Below are positions 10,920 to 21,353 of a DNA stretch of 64,000 nt, piece after piece. Both the position numbers and the translations under genes were made by a program. This stretch comes from an uncultured Coprococcus sp. (GTDB lineage: Bacteria > Bacillota > Clostridia > Lachnospirales > Lachnospiraceae). Within the stretch, counting starts at the first letter, position 1; every line of letters starts with the position of its first letter. The DNA is taken from NCBI GenBank assembly GCA_902461735.1, contig CABPYV010000007.1:96471-160470 (forward strand), read 5' to 3'. The notes under the pieces were generated by a model that worked only from the letters and a program-made list of their open reading frames with translations, searched no databases and was not told where the DNA came from.

Positions 10920-11486
10920 TTATATCTCTAAAAAATTTCTGAGCATTATCTTGCCCTTCGGTGTCAGTATCGACTCCGGATGGAACTGAACTCCATATAC
11001 CTCATAATCCCTGTGTTTCACTGCCATGATCTCTCCATCCTCCGTCCTGGCTGTGACCTCCAGACATTCAGGGAAATTCTCATCTGCTGCTGCCAGTGAA
11101 TGATATCTGGCAACCTGTATCTTGCTCTGAAGTCCCCTGAACAATCTGCAGTTCAGATCCACATCAACCAGCGACATCTTTCCGTGCATGAGTTTCTTTG
11201 CATATGTGACTGTCGCACCATAAGTCTCACAAATCGCCTGATGTCCGAGACACACGCCGAGGATTGGTACTTTTCCTGCGAAATATCTCACCGCATCCTC
11301 ACACATTCCCGCATCCGAAGGTCTTCCGGGTCCCGGTGAGATGATTATGTGATCCGGATTCATCGCCTCGATTTCCTCACAGGTGAACTCATCATTTCTT
11401 ATGACCTTTATATCTGGATTTATTGCCCCCACAAGCTGATACAGGTTGTAGGAGAAGCTGTCGTAATTGTCTATAAGTATTGTCAT
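10920..11486 (-). CDS. trpG: Anthranilate synthase component II (glutamine amidotransferase).
   Basis: MTILIDNYDSFSYNLYQ N-terminus, and GVCLGHQ catalytic Cys motif. Confidence 0.9.
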   Translation of the reverse strand: MTILIDNYDSFSYNLYQLVGAINPDIKVIRNDEFTCEEIEAMNPDHIIISPGPGRPSDAGMCEDAVRYFAGKVPILGVCLGHQAICETYGATVTYAKKLMHGKMSLVDVDLNCRLFRGLQSKIQVARYHSLAAADENFPECLEVTARTEDGEIMAVKHRDYEVYGVQFHPESILTPKGKIMLRNFLEI

Positions 11487-11571
11487 TTATTTTGTCCTCC
11501 TTATATGTATTGTGCATGCGCATGAAAGGCGCTCCGCGCGGCGCACGCATTATCCCGCAAGCGGGTCCTCC
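11487..11571 (-). other. GC-rich palindrome-dense intercistronic element between trpE and trpG (CATGCGCATG, CCGCGCGG, CCCGCAAGCGGG). It precedes the AAGGAGG RBS of trpG.
   Basis: Direct reading. Three perfect GC-rich palindromes within an 85-bp spacer in an otherwise AT-rich genome. Confidence 0.6.
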
Positions 11572-13050
11572 TTATGATATGTCCTGGCTCATTGTGAGTG
11601 CTGTAGTAACTGCTTTTGCCTTGTTGATGCATTCCTGGAACTCATTTTCCGGAACACTGTCTGCGACGATTCCCGCTCCCGATCTGACAAATACTTTGTC
11701 GCCTTTTTTGTATGCGATCCTTATGGCTATACATGTGTCAAGATTTCCTGTGAAATCTATGTAACCTATGGCACCGCCATATATTCCTCTCTTGTTGTCC
11801 TCCAGCTCATTGATGATCTGACACGCCCTGATCTTCGGTGCTCCTGAGAGGGTTCCGGCCGGAAGTACCGCATCCACGGCTGACAGCTCATCGTATCTGC
11901 TGTCGTCGATCTCCCCCCTGACTGTTGAACCTATATGCATTACATGTGAATACCTCTGGACCTTCATGTACTGCTCAACCTCAACAGTTCCGAACTTGCT
12001 TATCTTGCCAAGATCATTTCTTCCGAGATCCACCAGCATGTTGTGTTCCGCCAGTTCCTTCTCGTCCGCCATGAGTCCAGCCTCAAGTCTCATATCCTCT
12101 TCCTTTGTCTTTCCCCTTGGTCTCGTTCCAGCAAGTGGAAATGTGTGAAGCACACCATTCTCAAGCTTTACCAGTGTCTCAGGCGATGCGCCCGCAACCT
12201 CTATCTGGTCGCCGCTGAAGTAGAACATATACGGAGAAGGATTTGTGCTTCTGAGAATCCTATACGTGTTGAACAGCGATCCCTCCATCTCAGCCTCAAG
12301 TCTGTTGGACAGAACCACCTGGAAGATATCTCCCTCAAATATGTACTTCTTTGCCCTCTCAACCATGCTGCAATACTTCTCTTTGTCAAACAGCGGCTTG
12401 AAATCACTCTTCATCTTAACCGGCTCTATCTCTGCCATCTCTCCATCGAGGATGAGCTTCTTCATATCTTCTATATCAGCAAGTGCATTTGCATATCCAG
12501 CTTCTATATCGGATGTGTCAGCATTTGCAATGAGGATCAGCTTTGACTTGAAATTGTCAAATGCAATGACCTTGTCAAATAACATCAGATCCAGATCCTG
12601 AAACCCTTCATCATCCTCGGCATCGATCACAAGCTTCTTCTCACTGTACTTTATGTAATCATATGAGAAGTAACCGACAAAACCTCCTGTAAATGTTGGA
12701 AGTCCTTCTATCTTCGGACTCCTGTAATCCTTGAGTATCTCTCTGATGAATACCTCAGGATGAATATCGTCCGCTTCCTTTATCACATTTCCATCTATAT
12801 CCTTGAGCTGTATGTGTCCATTCATGCATGTGACATCAAGCTTTGGATTGTAACCAAGAAATGTGTATCGTCCCCACACCTCCTGATTCTCCACGCTCTC
12901 AAGTATGTAACAGTGCTCATTCGCCGCTTTCAGCTTTCTGAGTAAGTTGATCGGTGTGATCACATCCGATAACATCTCACAGCACACCGGAACCATCCTG
13001 TATCCGTCTGCCGCATATTTCTTTGCCTCGCTAAGTTCTGGTCTTATCAT
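11572..13050 (-). CDS. trpE: Anthranilate synthase component I.
   Basis: 492-aa ORF. Chorismate-binding domain motifs (LAGTRPRG, GAPK, GGAIGYI). First gene of the operon. Confidence 0.92.
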   Translation of the reverse strand: MIRPELSEAKKYAADGYRMVPVCCEMLSDVITPINLLRKLKAANEHCYILESVENQEVWGRYTFLGYNPKLDVTCMNGHIQLKDIDGNVIKEADDIHPEVFIREILKDYRSPKIEGLPTFTGGFVGYFSYDYIKYSEKKLVIDAEDDEGFQDLDLMLFDKVIAFDNFKSKLILIANADTSDIEAGYANALADIEDMKKLILDGEMAEIEPVKMKSDFKPLFDKEKYCSMVERAKKYIFEGDIFQVVLSNRLEAEMEGSLFNTYRILRSTNPSPYMFYFSGDQIEVAGASPETLVKLENGVLHTFPLAGTRPRGKTKEEDMRLEAGLMADEKELAEHNMLVDLGRNDLGKISKFGTVEVEQYMKVQRYSHVMHIGSTVRGEIDDSRYDELSAVDAVLPAGTLSGAPKIRACQIINELEDNKRGIYGGAIGYIDFTGNLDTCIAIRIAYKKGDKVFVRSGAGIVADSVPENEFQECINKAKAVTTALTMSQDIS

Positions 13051-13189
13051 GTCTCATCCTCCTTGTTTTTGAACACTATCCTGTATTCAAGAAATTTCCC
13101 TGTGCTCATCTCTTTCGTATACGTCTTTCAGGCTGTCGTTAAAGGATTTGTCAAATGTCACATGTCTTTCTGCAAACTAAAAAAGCACC

Positions 13190-13500
13190 ACAGGACATAA
13201 AAAAAAATTCCTTATCCTACAAACATTAGGACAAGAAATCTAATCTCCTGCGGTGCCACCTAATTTCATCAATAAATAAAAAAAATATATATAAATAATT
13301 TATATATATTTATATATATCGATGCCCTCGACCATATACAATCATATATGTACCTTCTATAACGGTAGGTCTCCGTCTCCCCTACTTGAATCTCAAATCT
13401 TTCGGTTTGCCCTCACAAGTCCATTCACCTGCACTCCCATCGCTGCAATCACACCACCTGCAACTCTCTGAACATGTTATATGCCGCTACTCCTCTTGAT
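13190..13500 (-). promoter_or_regulatory. T-box riboswitch leader, probably tRNA-Trp-responsive, upstream of trpE.
   Basis: On the minus strand: F-box CCGTTA, then T-box sequence AAATTAGGTGGCACCGCAGG (consensus AATTAGGGTGGTACCGCG), then a U-run. GATGGGAG upstream contains a possible UGG specifier. An unusual (AT)-repeat insert lies between the F-box and the T-box. Confidence 0.6.
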
Positions 13501-13696
13501 CAACGGTTTATCTTATATTTGTAACCATAATGCGCTTTCCTAGTAAATTTGTCAAGAATATTTTTTCAAGTTTTTGCTATATTTTCACTCGCTTTTTACC
13601 GTTTTCCGCATATTTGCTGGACTTTTTCCACTTATCATTTATTTTATACTTTCTTAATTATTTCCTGATTGACTACTTCACCCAACTGAAATATCC

Positions 13697-13770
13697 TAGG
13701 GGACGGAGGGGACAGGTACCTCCGTCCCCACGAAGAAAGGCAGATGGGGTCAGGCACCTCCGTCCCCATG
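13697..13770. repeat. Two adjacent copies (one complete, one partial) of the same GC-rich hairpin element found in trpC. They lie in the divergent trp / MATE promoter region.
   Basis: ggggacggaggggacaggtacctccgtcccc, then ggggtcaggcacctccgtcccc. Identical 31-bp core to 9122-9152. Confidence 0.75.
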
Positions 13771-13826
13771 ATGAACGACGAAGTTTTCATCGGATTTTAT
13801 AAAGTTATCAACATTAAGGAGTAGTT

Positions 13827-15206
13827 ATGAACACAAGTACAATTTCTTTAAATTCCGAAGAGAGGATGGGCACGGCGCCGATATTTAAACTTATGCTCTC
13901 CATGGGCATTCCAACATTTGTGGCGCAGCTCATCAATCTCTTATACAACATAGTGGACAGAATATATATAGGACATATTCCCGAGGTTGGTGCAGCGTCA
14001 CTCACCGGAATCGGACTGTGTCTCCCGATCATCACACTTGTGAGTGCATTCAGCGTGTTCGTGGGAGCAGGCGGAGCACCTCTGGCTTCCATCGCTCTCG
14101 GCAAAGGCGACAGGGACAAGGCACAGCGCATCCTGTCAAATGGCGTAACCCTGCTCATCATATTTACAGTTATTGTTATGGCTGTCATCTACACATTGAA
14201 GAAGCCGCTTCTGTATTTCTTCGGAGCAAGCGACGCCACCTATCCGCATGCCGATGACTATCTGAGCATTTACCTTATAGGCACGATATTTGTCATGATC
14301 ACCACCGGACTGAACACATTTATCACAGCCCAGGGACAGTCAAAGACCGCCATGTTTTCTGTGCTCATAGGAGCCATATTCAACATCATCCTAGATCCGA
14401 TATTCATATTTGCACTGAACCTCGAAATCAAGGGTGCGGCCATAGCGACCATCATATCCCAGGCGATAAGCGCGGCATGGGTTATCAGATTTCTGACATC
14501 CGACAAGGCTAGTCTTCGCATATCAGCGCAGATGATGCGCCCACAGGGCAAGCTGATCCTGTCAATTGCAGCCCTCGGTGTATCACCATTTATCATGCAG
14601 GTCACGGAGAGCCTTATAACCATCGTGTTCACTCATGGACTCCAGAAGTACGGCGATGACCTGTATGTGGGATCATTCACCATACTCCAGAGTATCATGC
14701 AGATTATATTTATCCCGATGAGCGGATTCTCCCAGGGTGTCCAGCCCATCATCAGCTACAACTACGGCAAGGGCAACGTAGCCAGAGTGAAGAAGACATG
14801 TACCATACTGATAACCATGTCCATCATCGTGTCATTTGTCCTGGCTGGCGCAGCATTCCTGTTCCCATCCGTGGCTGCTGGAATATTTACGTCAGATGAA
14901 GCACTCAAGGCACTCTGCGCAAAGGTTCTCCCAATATACATATTCGGAATGATGTTCTTCGGTATACAGAACGGATGTCAGCAATCCTTCATATCCATGG
15001 GACAGGCAGGCAAATCCCTTATATTTGCACTGCTGAGAAAGGTCATACTGATAATCCCACTCGCGATCATCCTTCCGTACTGCACTCACTCAGTCATGAG
15101 CATTTACTACGCCGAGCCTATCAGCGACATAGTGTCCGCATTCTCATGCGGCGCAACATTCATGCTGACATTTAAGTCAATGATGAAAGGTGCAGGGAAG
15201 AAGTAA
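13827..15206 (+). CDS. MATE family efflux transporter.
   Basis: 459-aa polytopic protein, about 12 TM. N-terminus of the MATE/NorM type ([33 protein letters not shown]). AAGGAG RBS. Confidence 0.85.
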   Translation: MNTSTISLNSEERMGTAPIFKLMLSMGIPTFVAQLINLLYNIVDRIYIGHIPEVGAASLTGIGLCLPIITLVSAFSVFVGAGGAPLASIALGKGDRDKAQRILSNGVTLLIIFTVIVMAVIYTLKKPLLYFFGASDATYPHADDYLSIYLIGTIFVMITTGLNTFITAQGQSKTAMFSVLIGAIFNIILDPIFIFALNLEIKGAAIATIISQAISAAWVIRFLTSDKASLRISAQMMRPQGKLILSIAALGVSPFIMQVTESLITIVFTHGLQKYGDDLYVGSFTILQSIMQIIFIPMSGFSQGVQPIISYNYGKGNVARVKKTCTILITMSIIVSFVLAGAAFLFPSVAAGIFTSDEALKALCAKVLPIYIFGMMFFGIQNGCQQSFISMGQAGKSLIFALLRKVILIIPLAIILPYCTHSVMSIYYAEPISDIVSAFSCGATFMLTFKSMMKGAGKK

Positions 15207-16584
15207 CCCTCCTCATTTTCCTTCTCAGCAACACCATGCCCACCACGCACGACACGATCTCCGTGATCGGGAATGCCCACCATATCAGTGATACATCCGC
15301 CTGACCGCCTCTGACCAGAGCCGCAAATGCTCCGGCAAGCGGCAGGATGATTATCAACTGTCTGAGCAGCGATATCACAAGCGATTCCACACCACCCTCA
15401 AGGGCCTGATATATTCCCTGAAATGCAACATTTACCCCGGCAAATACGAAACTTAGGGAGATTATCCTCATGGCGTCTATAAAATACACTCTGGACTGTC
15501 CCGCATTGAAAAGTCCGGCAAATGCAGCTGGAAACAACTCTGTCACAGCCATTCCAAACACCATCAGCACTATTGTGTAGATTATTCCATACTTAATCGC
15601 TTCATTTATCCTCTTCCTGTCACCCATTCCATAGCTGTACGCCGTGATCGGGGTGATCGCATCCCTGAGTCCAAATGCGAGAAACAGCACAAACTGCTGA
15701 ACCTTGTAAAACAGACCATATGCGGTCTGCGCCGACTGGTTAAACTTGAGAATGAGATTCAGCGCGTATACCATGATGGACATAAGTGCCTGTGCTATGA
15801 TGGCCGGAAGTCCTATGGCATATATTCCCCGGATGATTCTCCAATCAGGCTTCATGTACGCACATCCATGTTCAAATTCCTTATTAAGTCTCAGATGGAA
15901 CACGCACAGCAGAACCGCAGACGCTATCTGACCTATAATAGTCGCATAGGCGGCTCCTCTGACACCCATCTCAGGGAATGGTCCCACTCCGTATATGAGA
16001 AGCGGATCAAGTATGATGTTTATGACAGCTCCCATCACCTGACCTATCGTTGAATACATGGATCTGCCAGTTGCCTGAAGCAGCTTCTCAAACAACGAGA
16101 AGAATATTATTCCAAATGAATACACACAGCATATTCTTAGATAATCCACAGCCATCTCTGTGACCTGCGTGTCCATAGTCTGTGAGACTATATAAGTCCT
16201 CACTCCCAATATTCCAAATAACAAACACACCACATATATTACAGCACCGAGAAACAGACTGTTGCCAGCCACCTTGGCAGCTCTTTCCTTATCACCCTGA
16301 CCAAGGGTTCTGGCAATAAACGCATTTGTGCCGACTCCCGTGCCTATGCCCAGAGCAACCATGAGCATCTGCACCGGAAATACCAGCGTGAGGGCATTTA
16401 ACGCGGCCTCACTTCCCACCTTCATATTTCCCACAAATGCGCTGTCTACGATGTTGTACACCGCCTGAAGCGCCATGGAAAGAATCATAGGAATACCCAT
16501 CTGAATCATCAGCTTTCCAACTGGCATATCTTTCATCTTATTTTTCTCTCTGTTTTCCTCTTTGTTCTTATCCATTTCTTCCAC
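15172..16584 (-). CDS. MATE family efflux transporter. Convergent with the previous gene, with 3' ends overlapping by 35 bp. The annotated start codon is GTG.
   Basis: [33 protein letters not shown], the MATE signature region. GTG at 16584-16582 is preceded by AAAGGAG; alternative ATG starts lie downstream. Confidence 0.8.
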   Translation of the reverse strand: MEEMDKNKEENREKNKMKDMPVGKLMIQMGIPMILSMALQAVYNIVDSAFVGNMKVGSEAALNALTLVFPVQMLMVALGIGTGVGTNAFIARTLGQGDKERAAKVAGNSLFLGAVIYVVCLLFGILGVRTYIVSQTMDTQVTEMAVDYLRICCVYSFGIIFFSLFEKLLQATGRSMYSTIGQVMGAVINIILDPLLIYGVGPFPEMGVRGAAYATIIGQIASAVLLCVFHLRLNKEFEHGCAYMKPDWRIIRGIYAIGLPAIIAQALMSIMVYALNLILKFNQSAQTAYGLFYKVQQFVLFLAFGLRDAITPITAYSYGMGDRKRINEAIKYGIIYTIVLMVFGMAVTELFPAAFAGLFNAGQSRVYFIDAMRIISLSFVFAGVNVAFQGIYQALEGGVESLVISLLRQLIIILPLAGAFAALVRGGQADVSLIWWAFPITEIVSCVVGMVLLRRKMRRVTSSLHLSSLT

Positions 16585-16690
16585 TCTTCAAACTCCTTTC
16601 CCTGAACAAAAAAATGCAGCTACCGCCTAAGTTAGTTGGACTTACGCTGAATAGCTACACACTAGAAAATTATTTATATACACATAAAAA

Positions 16691-16737
16691 GCGAGTGACA
16701 AAACTGGATTTACGCAATCTTTGCCACTCGCTTTCGA
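16691..16737. terminator. Hairpin with a 10-bp stem (AAAGCGAGTG...CACTCGCTTT) flanked by A/T runs. Probably a bidirectional terminator.
   Basis: Direct reading. Confidence 0.5.
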
Positions 16738-16781
16738 TGTGTATTATACTTTCTGTTCTTAAAAAAGTAAAGTTCTAAAAT

Positions 16782-17614
16782 TTATAATGAGCTGAACATG
16801 TTATCCAGAATATCCTGATAATTTCTGTCTCCAAGAGTCTCTATGGCTATTGTCATCGCGTACTTTCCGTCATCTGATCTTACTATTACATTTGTCAGAG
16901 AGTACTCTGTTCCGGACATATCAGCCGTTGCTGTACATATGTAATGTTCTTCACCAAATACTGTACACTTGGAATAACCAGTCTCAATATTACTTGCTTC
17001 AGCACCAATTCTACTTGCTGTAGATGTAATAACAGTATCCATCTGAGCAACAGTTGCCTTTGCTACTGTCTTCTCATCAGCCCACACATCATAACCGTAA
17101 TTTCCGCCACCCTTAGGGGACTTTATTTTGAGCAGAATATAGTGTGTACCATCATTTGCACAGAATGCATAATCGTTTCCTACCGTAAAGCTATTGTCCA
17201 GATTACCCAATGCCCTCTGCACAGTCTCATTGCTATTGGAATCCTCCACAACCTCAGAGATATCGGTGGCAGACAATAATGAACCTCTTGTCTGAATTCC
17301 ATAGCTTCCTTCAAGGTTGATCTTAAATCCAAAATACGAATTCTCATAACCATTCTTGGTGTATACACCTACTATTGAAGGATCAGCCTCTGTATCTTCC
17401 GCTGTGTCCTCCTCATCAATAGCGACCGAACTATCCTCAGTATCATCCGCTGTGTCCTGAGTCTCAGTATCCTGCTCCTCTGTTGCTGCTTCTGTCACAG
17501 ACTCTGTCGTAGCACTGGCTGCTGTAGTGTCAGGATTGTCACTTCCACCACAGCCCGTCAGCATCAATCCCATCATCATTGCTGCAACTACAATATAGCT
17601 TGCTCCCTTTTTCA
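16782..17614 (-). CDS. Putative lipoprotein of unknown function. Signal peptide plus lipobox LTGCGG. Start at MKKGASYIVV; the ORF track extends to 17681.
   Basis: MKKGASYIVVAAMMMGLMLTGCGG followed by an acidic D/E/T-rich linker. AGGAGG 9-11 nt upstream of the ATG at 17614. Confidence 0.6.
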
Positions 17615-17753
17615 TAATTCTCATTTCCTCCTGAATGTTCAATTTTGCAGTGACTTCATTATAAGAAAATGCCGGTGTCATTCAAGCTAATTGTAGTTGC
17701 AGATCTCGCAACCGATGGTTGCAGGCCTTGATTTTACTGGATTTTATATACGT

Positions 17754-18039
17754 CCACCATATACAGGGAATCCGCTGCTGGCACCATAGCTCTCTATCTT
17801 CTTAAAGTTCTTAAGAGCCTCCATATCCTCTTCACTTATCTCAAAATCAACCTCAGGTACGCTTCCTCAAGTGCTCTCCACGCTCATTGCCGTATGCCTG
17901 TGCAGTGTCAATATGTCTGTAACCTATCCTTACAGCCTACTTCACGGCATCTGCTGCCTTGTCATCATCGATGAACCAAGTTCCAAGTCCAAGCTTTGGT
18001 ATTACTACTCCATTGTAAAGTGTATAAGTTTCTTTCAAC
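17754..18039 (-). pseudogene. Remnant of an aldo/keto reductase gene: N-terminal ~45 codons and C-terminal ~30 codons, with an in-frame TAG, a frameshift and a large internal deletion.
   Basis: Manual translation: MLKETYTLYNGVVIPKLGLGTWFIDDDKAADAVK*AVRIGYRHIDTAQAYGNERGEHLRKRT, then (+1) PEVDFEISEEDMEALKNFKKIESYGASSGFPVYGGRI*. GGAGG RBS before the ATG. These match the AKR family N-terminal motifs and the C-terminal tail. Confidence 0.75.
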
Positions 18040-18328
18040 ATTTTTATGTCCTCCTGTCTGTTTTAACTACGATATTTTCGAAAAACGTCAGGGACTGTTT
18101 CTCTGACATATCTAATAATACTCTTTGGAGCTCACTTCAAGGCAAGAGTTTTTTACCGATAACTCTATAAAATAAAAATCTGTGTACTATTTTATCAAGT
18201 ACACAGACCTCTTTAATCCAATATTTATGCATGAATTTTTCTATAATCTTCAGCCCACCATATTTATCTTTTTCTGTTATCTTATGTCTGATGGAGATAA
18301 TTTTATTCCATCGGATTTCAGCCAGTAT

Positions 18329-19423
18329 TTATGACAAAGTCATATCTCCATCCTTAACCCAGCCGAGTTTTCTCACCACCATATTGATGAGTGGACAGAG
18401 AACTGCAGGAAGTACAAATGAGATGAGTATCAGTCCAACCCAGTCCATTGCTGTGACCGCTGTCTTGCTTCCCGCCTCAATATCATTCATCCATCCTGTG
18501 TACACTCCGATCTGTCCAACCAGACCACATGTACCCATACCTGATGATACTGGAGTTCCGTTCATCTGAAGCTTGAACAGACATGTTGCAAGAGGGCCTG
18601 TGATCGCAGATGTAACTATAGGTGCAATCCAGATTCTTGGGTTCTTTATGATGTTGCCCATCTGGAGCATAGATGTTCCGATTCCCTGTGAAACCAGTCC
18701 ACCCCACTTATTCTCTCTGAATGACATAACCGCAAAGCCAACCATCTGTGCACAACAGCCCGCCACAGCAGCACCACCGGCCAGTCCTGTAAGTCCGAAT
18801 GCTGCGCATATCGCAGCGGATGATATAGGAAGTGTAAGAGCCACACCGACGAGAACTGATACAGCAATGCCCATCCAGAACGGCTGCAGGTTTGTAGCCA
18901 GCATGATGAGGTCTCCGACCTTCATGGCTATGGCACCAAGTGTAGGTGCAATAAGAACAGACACAGCCACACCGCTTCCAATGGTTACAAGAGGTGTAAC
19001 CAGTATATCTATCTTTGTCTCCTTTGAGACAACCTTTCCAAGCTCAGTTGCGATAACTGCAATAAAATAAACTGCCAGAGGACCACCTGCGCCGCCCAGC
19101 GCATTTGCCGCAAATCCAACTGTTATCAGTGAGAACAATACGAGCTGTGGGGCCTTAAGTGCATATCCTATAGCCACCGCCATCGCAGGTCCTGCCATTG
19201 CAGATGCGAGGCCTCCAACCGTATAATCTGTTCCATTCACGGTCGCAACAACCGCTTTAAGAAATCCTACACCAAACTGATTGCCAAGCGTGTTCAGTAT
19301 AGTTCCGATCAGCAGAGTACAGAACAATCCCTGTGCCATGGCACCCAAGGCATCTATTCCGTATCTCTTGACACTGAACACGATGTCCTTCTTCTTCAAG
19401 AATCCTTTTACCTTTTCCATCAT
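18329..19423 (-). CDS. Glycine-rich polytopic integral membrane protein; putative permease, family not assigned from sequence.
   Basis: 364-aa ORF with about 10 hydrophobic segments and abundant small residues (G/A). No catalytic motifs recognised. Confidence 0.45.
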   Translation of the reverse strand: MMEKVKGFLKKKDIVFSVKRYGIDALGAMAQGLFCTLLIGTILNTLGNQFGVGFLKAVVATVNGTDYTVGGLASAMAGPAMAVAIGYALKAPQLVLFSLITVGFAANALGGAGGPLAVYFIAVIATELGKVVSKETKIDILVTPLVTIGSGVAVSVLIAPTLGAIAMKVGDLIMLATNLQPFWMGIAVSVLVGVALTLPISSAAICAAFGLTGLAGGAAVAGCCAQMVGFAVMSFRENKWGGLVSQGIGTSMLQMGNIIKNPRIWIAPIVTSAITGPLATCLFKLQMNGTPVSSGMGTCGLVGQIGVYTGWMNDIEAGSKTAVTAMDWVGLILISFVLPAVLCPLINMVVRKLGWVKDGDMTLS

Positions 19424-19455
19424 TCTTCTCCTTATTGAAATTATATTGATGTCAA

Positions 19456-21000
19456 TTACTTCAATCTCTCAAGTATACCAAGTGTATACCTCCAGGTTCT
19501 CTGCACACTTGCAACATCCATAGATTCCCTGCTGGTATGGATATTCTTCATATCAGGGCCAAACGATACGCAGTCAAGTCCTGGCATCTTTCCAGCAAAA
19601 AGCCCACATTCCACGCCGGCATGAAGAGCCTGGATAACAGGTTTCCTTCCATACTGCTTCTCAAATACATCAACCATAATATCGCGAAGTGGCGAATCAT
19701 GTCTGTACTCCCATGCAGGATAGTCCCCTTGTACATCTATATGACCATTTGCAGAATTCGCAACACACCTGAGCTGATCGATAAGATATTCTTTCTCCGT
19801 CTGCACGCTGCTTCTCACCGAAAAACTTGCTGTAACCTCGCCTTTTCCTGCTCCACCTTCATTTAATCCAACTTCATTTGTCTCAGGCACGATAGACTTC
19901 AAAATTCCGAGATTCAGAGAGGTCTGTACAAGCCCCTCTATATCCTGGCTCATCTTCTGAACACCATTCGGCATCATCATAAGGCTTCTTATAACCTGCT
20001 CTCCCGAATTCTCCGTCATCACCTTTATACCTGAACATATGCAATGTGCAGTCTTACCAGAGTCTATCACATTCTGAACTTCACTTACCCGCTCAACTCT
20101 AACTTTCATATCCGGATCCGTATTTTCAAATTCATGTCTGAATATCTGTTCACACTTTTTTGCCAACTTCACGAAGTTATCCACATTTTCAGGCTTTATC
20201 AACACATAAGCCTCCGAACTGTTAGGAATCGCGTTGTCCTTGAGTCCGCCTTGAATAGTTATCAGCCTGTATGAAATATCTCTGCCTATATTATACAGAA
20301 GCCTTGCGATCTGTTTATCCGCGTTGGCGCGCTGTTTTATTATCTCAACACCCGAATGTCCGCCGGTGAGTCCATCCATCGTCACTTTTAAGATTGCTGA
20401 ATCTCCATCGTCATTTTCATATTCGACTGGTATATGACATGTCACACAGGCACCACCGGCACATGACACCAGCAGATACCCCTCGTCCTCTGAATCCAAG
20501 TTAAGCATCGTACGAGACTTAAGTGGACTACAGTCAATCTCCGCAGCTCCCAACATACCTATCTCCTCATCCACCGTAAACACACACTCAAGCGGCGGAT
20601 GTGGTATATCGTCAGAATCAAGGATTGCCAGAGCAAATGCAACAGCTATCCCATCATCTCCACCAAGTGTTGTTCCATCAGCAGAAATAATTCCATCCTC
20701 CAGTCTCAGCTTCAACCCATCTTTTTCAAAATCTATATCACAATCAGCATCCTTCTCACACACCATATCCATATGTCCCTGGAGCATAACCGGCTTGCTG
20801 TCCTCATACCCATCTGTGCCATCCTTGAAAATGACGACATTGTTACATTCATCCTGTATATACCTGAGTCCTCTGTTCTCGGCAAATCTGACAAGATAAT
20901 CGCTTATCCTTTTAGTATCTGATGATCCATGAGGAATTCCACAGATTTCTTCAAAGAAACGAAAAACTCCAACTGGTTCAAGATTTGACAAAACTCCCAT
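19456..21000 (-). CDS. pepD: Aminoacyl-histidine (Xaa-His) dipeptidase, M20 family.
   Basis: 514-aa ORF. N-terminus LSNLEPVGVFRFFEEICGIPHGS, HMDMV metal-binding motif and TTLGGDDGIAVA. AAGGAG RBS. Confidence 0.8.
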   Translation of the reverse strand: MGVLSNLEPVGVFRFFEEICGIPHGSSDTKRISDYLVRFAENRGLRYIQDECNNVVIFKDGTDGYEDSKPVMLQGHMDMVCEKDADCDIDFEKDGLKLRLEDGIISADGTTLGGDDGIAVAFALAILDSDDIPHPPLECVFTVDEEIGMLGAAEIDCSPLKSRTMLNLDSEDEGYLLVSCAGGACVTCHIPVEYENDDGDSAILKVTMDGLTGGHSGVEIIKQRANADKQIARLLYNIGRDISYRLITIQGGLKDNAIPNSSEAYVLIKPENVDNFVKLAKKCEQIFRHEFENTDPDMKVRVERVSEVQNVIDSGKTAHCICSGIKVMTENSGEQVIRSLMMMPNGVQKMSQDIEGLVQTSLNLGILKSIVPETNEVGLNEGGAGKGEVTASFSVRSSVQTEKEYLIDQLRCVANSANGHIDVQGDYPAWEYRHDSPLRDIMVDVFEKQYGRKPVIQALHAGVECGLFAGKMPGLDCVSFGPDMKNIHTSRESMDVASVQRTWRYTLGILERLK

Positions 21001-21353
21001 CTTATAATCTCCTTATATCTGCTTTATTTTAATTTATGATAGTGATTATATATTTGGTCTTTTACATTTTCAACTGACCTCACAAATTTCATAGTATGCG
21101 CCTTCGTTGACTTTGCGGTCTCTTAATGATATATATTAATCAAATGTACAGTATCACAATCAATGAAAATGCATTTTCTGCAGCACAAACAATTTCTATG
21201 ACATAGTTTTTTATTGAACATAGAATATGCATAGAGCAAGCATAGAGTAATCATAGAACAAACATAACTCAAATTTAGAAGTGCAAATATAGAATATACA
21301 AATATAAAATATACTCAAATCAAATATAAATTAATAGTAGAATGGAGATTATC

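Noticed and set aside
13530-13802. 90-aa ORF on the + strand.
   Set aside because: It spans the divergent promoter region and the GC-rich hairpin elements, and has no RBS. It is spurious.
17871-18170. 99-aa ORF on the + strand.
   Set aside because: It is antisense to the aldo/keto reductase pseudogene remnant and has no RBS.
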